Positions 42,905 through 44,979 of a stretch of 44,979 nucleotides of DNA are shown here, piece by piece (within the stretch, counting starts at the first letter, position 1; each line of letters opens with the position of its first letter). Below the pieces are notes generated by a model. That model was not told the origin of the DNA and searched no databases. It was given only the letters and a program-made list of their open reading frames with translations. Made by a program: the position numbers and the translations under genes. This DNA comes from Candidatus Moanibacter sp. (GTDB lineage Bacteria; Verrucomicrobiota; Verrucomicrobiia; Opitutales; UBA2987), in the NCBI GenBank assembly GCA_965215885.1, contig CBDCEW010000071.1, forward strand, positions 1 to 44,979, read 5' to 3'.

Positions 42905-44872
42905 TCATTTCTCTTTATCCTCGTCGACCATCTCGAAATCAGCATCTACAACGCTATCGTCAGACGTTTCGGTGCTGCTTGCTTTTTCGTTGTCGGCTCC
43001 GGGTGTGGCTGCCTCGGCCGCTCCCTCAGGTGGACCGCCTGTATCGGCTCCCGCCTGAGCCTCGGCATACATCGCCGCCACCGCCTCTTGCAGCGTCTTA
43101 TCGTTTTGCAGTTTTTCAAAAGCGGCATTCATCTGCTCCACATTGTTTGTCTCGAGCGCCTTCCTGGCTTCGGCAATCAGTTCCTCCACCGGCTTCTTCT
43201 TCTCATCCGGGAACTTTTCCTCGTTCTCTTTGAGTAGTTTCTCGGTTTGATAAATAAGGCTGTCGAGCTTATTGCGGCTCTCCACCGCTTCTTTCTGTTT
43301 GCGATCTTCCTCCCCGTGCGCTTCGGCCTCCTCCCTCATTCGGTCGATTTCTTCCTGATTGAGACCGGAAGAACCGGTGATGGAAATCTTCTGGTCGCGC
43401 CCTGTTCCTCGATCCTTTGCGGACACGTTCAGAATACCATTGGCATCGATATCGAATGTAACTTCAATCTGCGGTATCCCCCGTGGCGCTGGCGGGATGC
43501 CGTCGAGGTGAAAGTTGCCCAAAAATTTGTTGTCTTTCGCCATGGGGCGTTCCCCCTGAAGAATGCGTATCTCAACACTGGGCTGATTGTCGGCAGCGGT
43601 CGAATAAACCTGGGCCTTTTTCGTCGGAATTGTTGTATTCCGTTCTATCATGGAGGTTGCAATGCCCCCTTCCGTTTCGATGCTCAAGGTAAGCGGAGTT
43701 ACATCCAGAAGCAGCACGGAATCGACATCTCCCTGCAATACCGCGCCCTGTATGGCCGCGCCTATCGCTACGACCTCGTCGGGATTCACCCCTTTGTGGG
43801 GTTCCTTTCCCGCCAGATCATGGGCTATTTCCTGGATCTTTGGGCTCCGGGTCATGCCGCCTACCAACACCAGTTCTTCAATGTCACCGATGTTCAGCTC
43901 AGAATCTCGTATGCAACTTCGAAAGGGCTCTACCGTACGCTGGCAGAGCCTGTCCGTAAGCTGATCGAGTTTGGCGCGCGACAAAGTAACATTGAGGTGT
44001 TTGGGCCCGCTGGCGTCAGCCGTAATAAAGGGAAGATTTATATCGGTCTGATGCGTCGAAGAAAGGGCGATCTTGGCTTTCTCAGCTTCTTCCTTGAGTC
44101 GCTGCAAAGCCATCGGATCCTGTTTCAGATCGATACCGTTGTCCCTCTTGAACTCTTCCACGAGCCAGTCGATTACCGCGCCGTCCCAATTGTCCCCTCC
44201 TAAATGAGTATCGCCGTTTGTCGCCTTTACCTCAAAAACACCATCCCCGATTTCAAGAATGGATATATCGTAAGTCCCACCCCCGAGGTCGTAAACCGCG
44301 ATGGTTTCGTCACTCTTTTTGTCTAGTCCGTAAGCTAATGATGCCGCCGTCGGTTCATTAATGATTCGCTTCACCTCAAGTCCGGCGATTGTTCCGGCAT
44401 CTTTGGTCGCCTGCCTTTGTGCATCATTAAAGTAGGCCGGGACTGTGACAACAGCCTCTTTTATTCCTTCACCCAAATAGGCTTCAGCATCAGCCTTCAA
44501 CTTTGCCAGCACCATCGACGATATCTGCTCCGGAGCAAAACTCTCAGTCTTGCCGGCACTTTCACACTCGATCCAGGCGTCGCTGTTCTTACCTTTAATG
44601 ATATTGTATGGTAGATGCTTCGCCTCCTCATCCACCTCATCAAACTTTCTGCCGATCAGACGCTTCGACGAAAAAATCGTATTTTTCGGATTCGTGACGG
44701 ACTGCCGCTTCGCCGCCTGTCCTACCAGGCGTTCTCCACTCTTTGTAAAAGCGACCACTGAAGGCGTCGTTCGGGCACCTTCGGAATTGGGAATGACGAC
44801 CGGCTCATTACCGTCCATCACTGCCATACAGGAATTTGTCGTTCCCAAATCTATCCCTATTACTTTGCCCAC
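42905..44872 (-). CDS. dnaK: Chaperone DnaK
   Basis: [31 protein letters not shown]. Confidence 0.99.
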   Translation of the reverse strand: MGKVIGIDLGTTNSCMAVMDGNEPVVIPNSEGARTTPSVVAFTKSGERLVGQAAKRQSVTNPKNTIFSSKRLIGRKFDEVDEEAKHLPYNIIKGKNSDAWIECESAGKTESFAPEQISSMVLAKLKADAEAYLGEGIKEAVVTVPAYFNDAQRQATKDAGTIAGLEVKRIINEPTAASLAYGLDKKSDETIAVYDLGGGTYDISILEIGDGVFEVKATNGDTHLGGDNWDGAVIDWLVEEFKRDNGIDLKQDPMALQRLKEEAEKAKIALSSTHQTDINLPFITADASGPKHLNVTLSRAKLDQLTDRLCQRTVEPFRSCIRDSELNIGDIEELVLVGGMTRSPKIQEIAHDLAGKEPHKGVNPDEVVAIGAAIQGAVLQGDVDSVLLLDVTPLTLSIETEGGIATSMIERNTTIPTKKAQVYSTAADNQPSVEIRILQGERPMAKDNKFLGNFHLDGIPPAPRGIPQIEVTFDIDANGILNVSAKDRGTGRDQKISITGSSGLNQEEIDRMREEAEAHGEEDRKQKEAVESRNKLDSLIYQTEKLLKENEEKFPDEKKKPVEELIAEARKALETNNVEQMNAAFEKLQNDKTLQEAVAAMYAEAQAGADTGGPPEGAAEAATPGADNEKASSTETSDDSVVDADFEMVDEDKEK

Positions 44873-44884
44873 GCCGAAAGGGTT

Positions 44885-44900
44885 AGCAACATGTGTGCCT
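44885..44900 (-). promoter_or_regulatory. sigma54 (-24/-12) promoter
   Basis: AGGCACACATGTTGCT, matching TGGCAC-N5-TTGCW with one mismatch and exact GG-N10-GC spacing. Confidence 0.75.
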
Positions 44901-44979
44901 AAAGGCTACAATTCGCTCATATATGTTGCTACTCAACAACTTAGGATTCATCCGGTATCATCGCTGGCTTGTTAAACGC

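Noticed and set aside
44883..44902. TTAGCAAC..GTGCCTAA as a CIRCE element
   Set aside because: Does not fit the TTAGCACTC-N9-GAGTGCTAA spacing; fits sigma54 -24/-12 much better

Overview
A 45 kb bacterial chromosomal window. The dnaK-groES-groEL order and the Ttp-type TonB cluster suggest an Opitutales/Verrucomicrobiota-like host (inference only). In order, it holds: a copper/metal region (csoR-copA, vapBC, GT4-HpnL-like operon, PepSY, CusRS-like two-component system, fetAB, trkH); housekeeping genes (hup, ygfZ, DAHP synthase, mdh); a DUF6249/ECF-sigma/anti-sigma operon split by a decayed IS1380; a candidate purine-derivative uptake/catabolism locus interrupted by an IS4 (NE0047-type guanine deaminase, DUF2165, a catalytically degenerate plus an intact creatininase-family protein, AzgA permease, RibD/DHFR-like reductase, TonB receptor); a six-gene TonB/Ttp operon; an NhaC-type transporter; and groEL-groES-dnaK behind a sigma54-like promoter. 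Intergenic DNA is rich in MITE/REP-like elements, many sitting exactly on (C)TAG stop codons, and in deletion-fused gene remnants. Three minus-strand promoters share the same box-33 nt-TATAA(T/G) layout. No rRNA, tRNA or CRISPR array was seen. Family calls come from motif recognition, not database searches.
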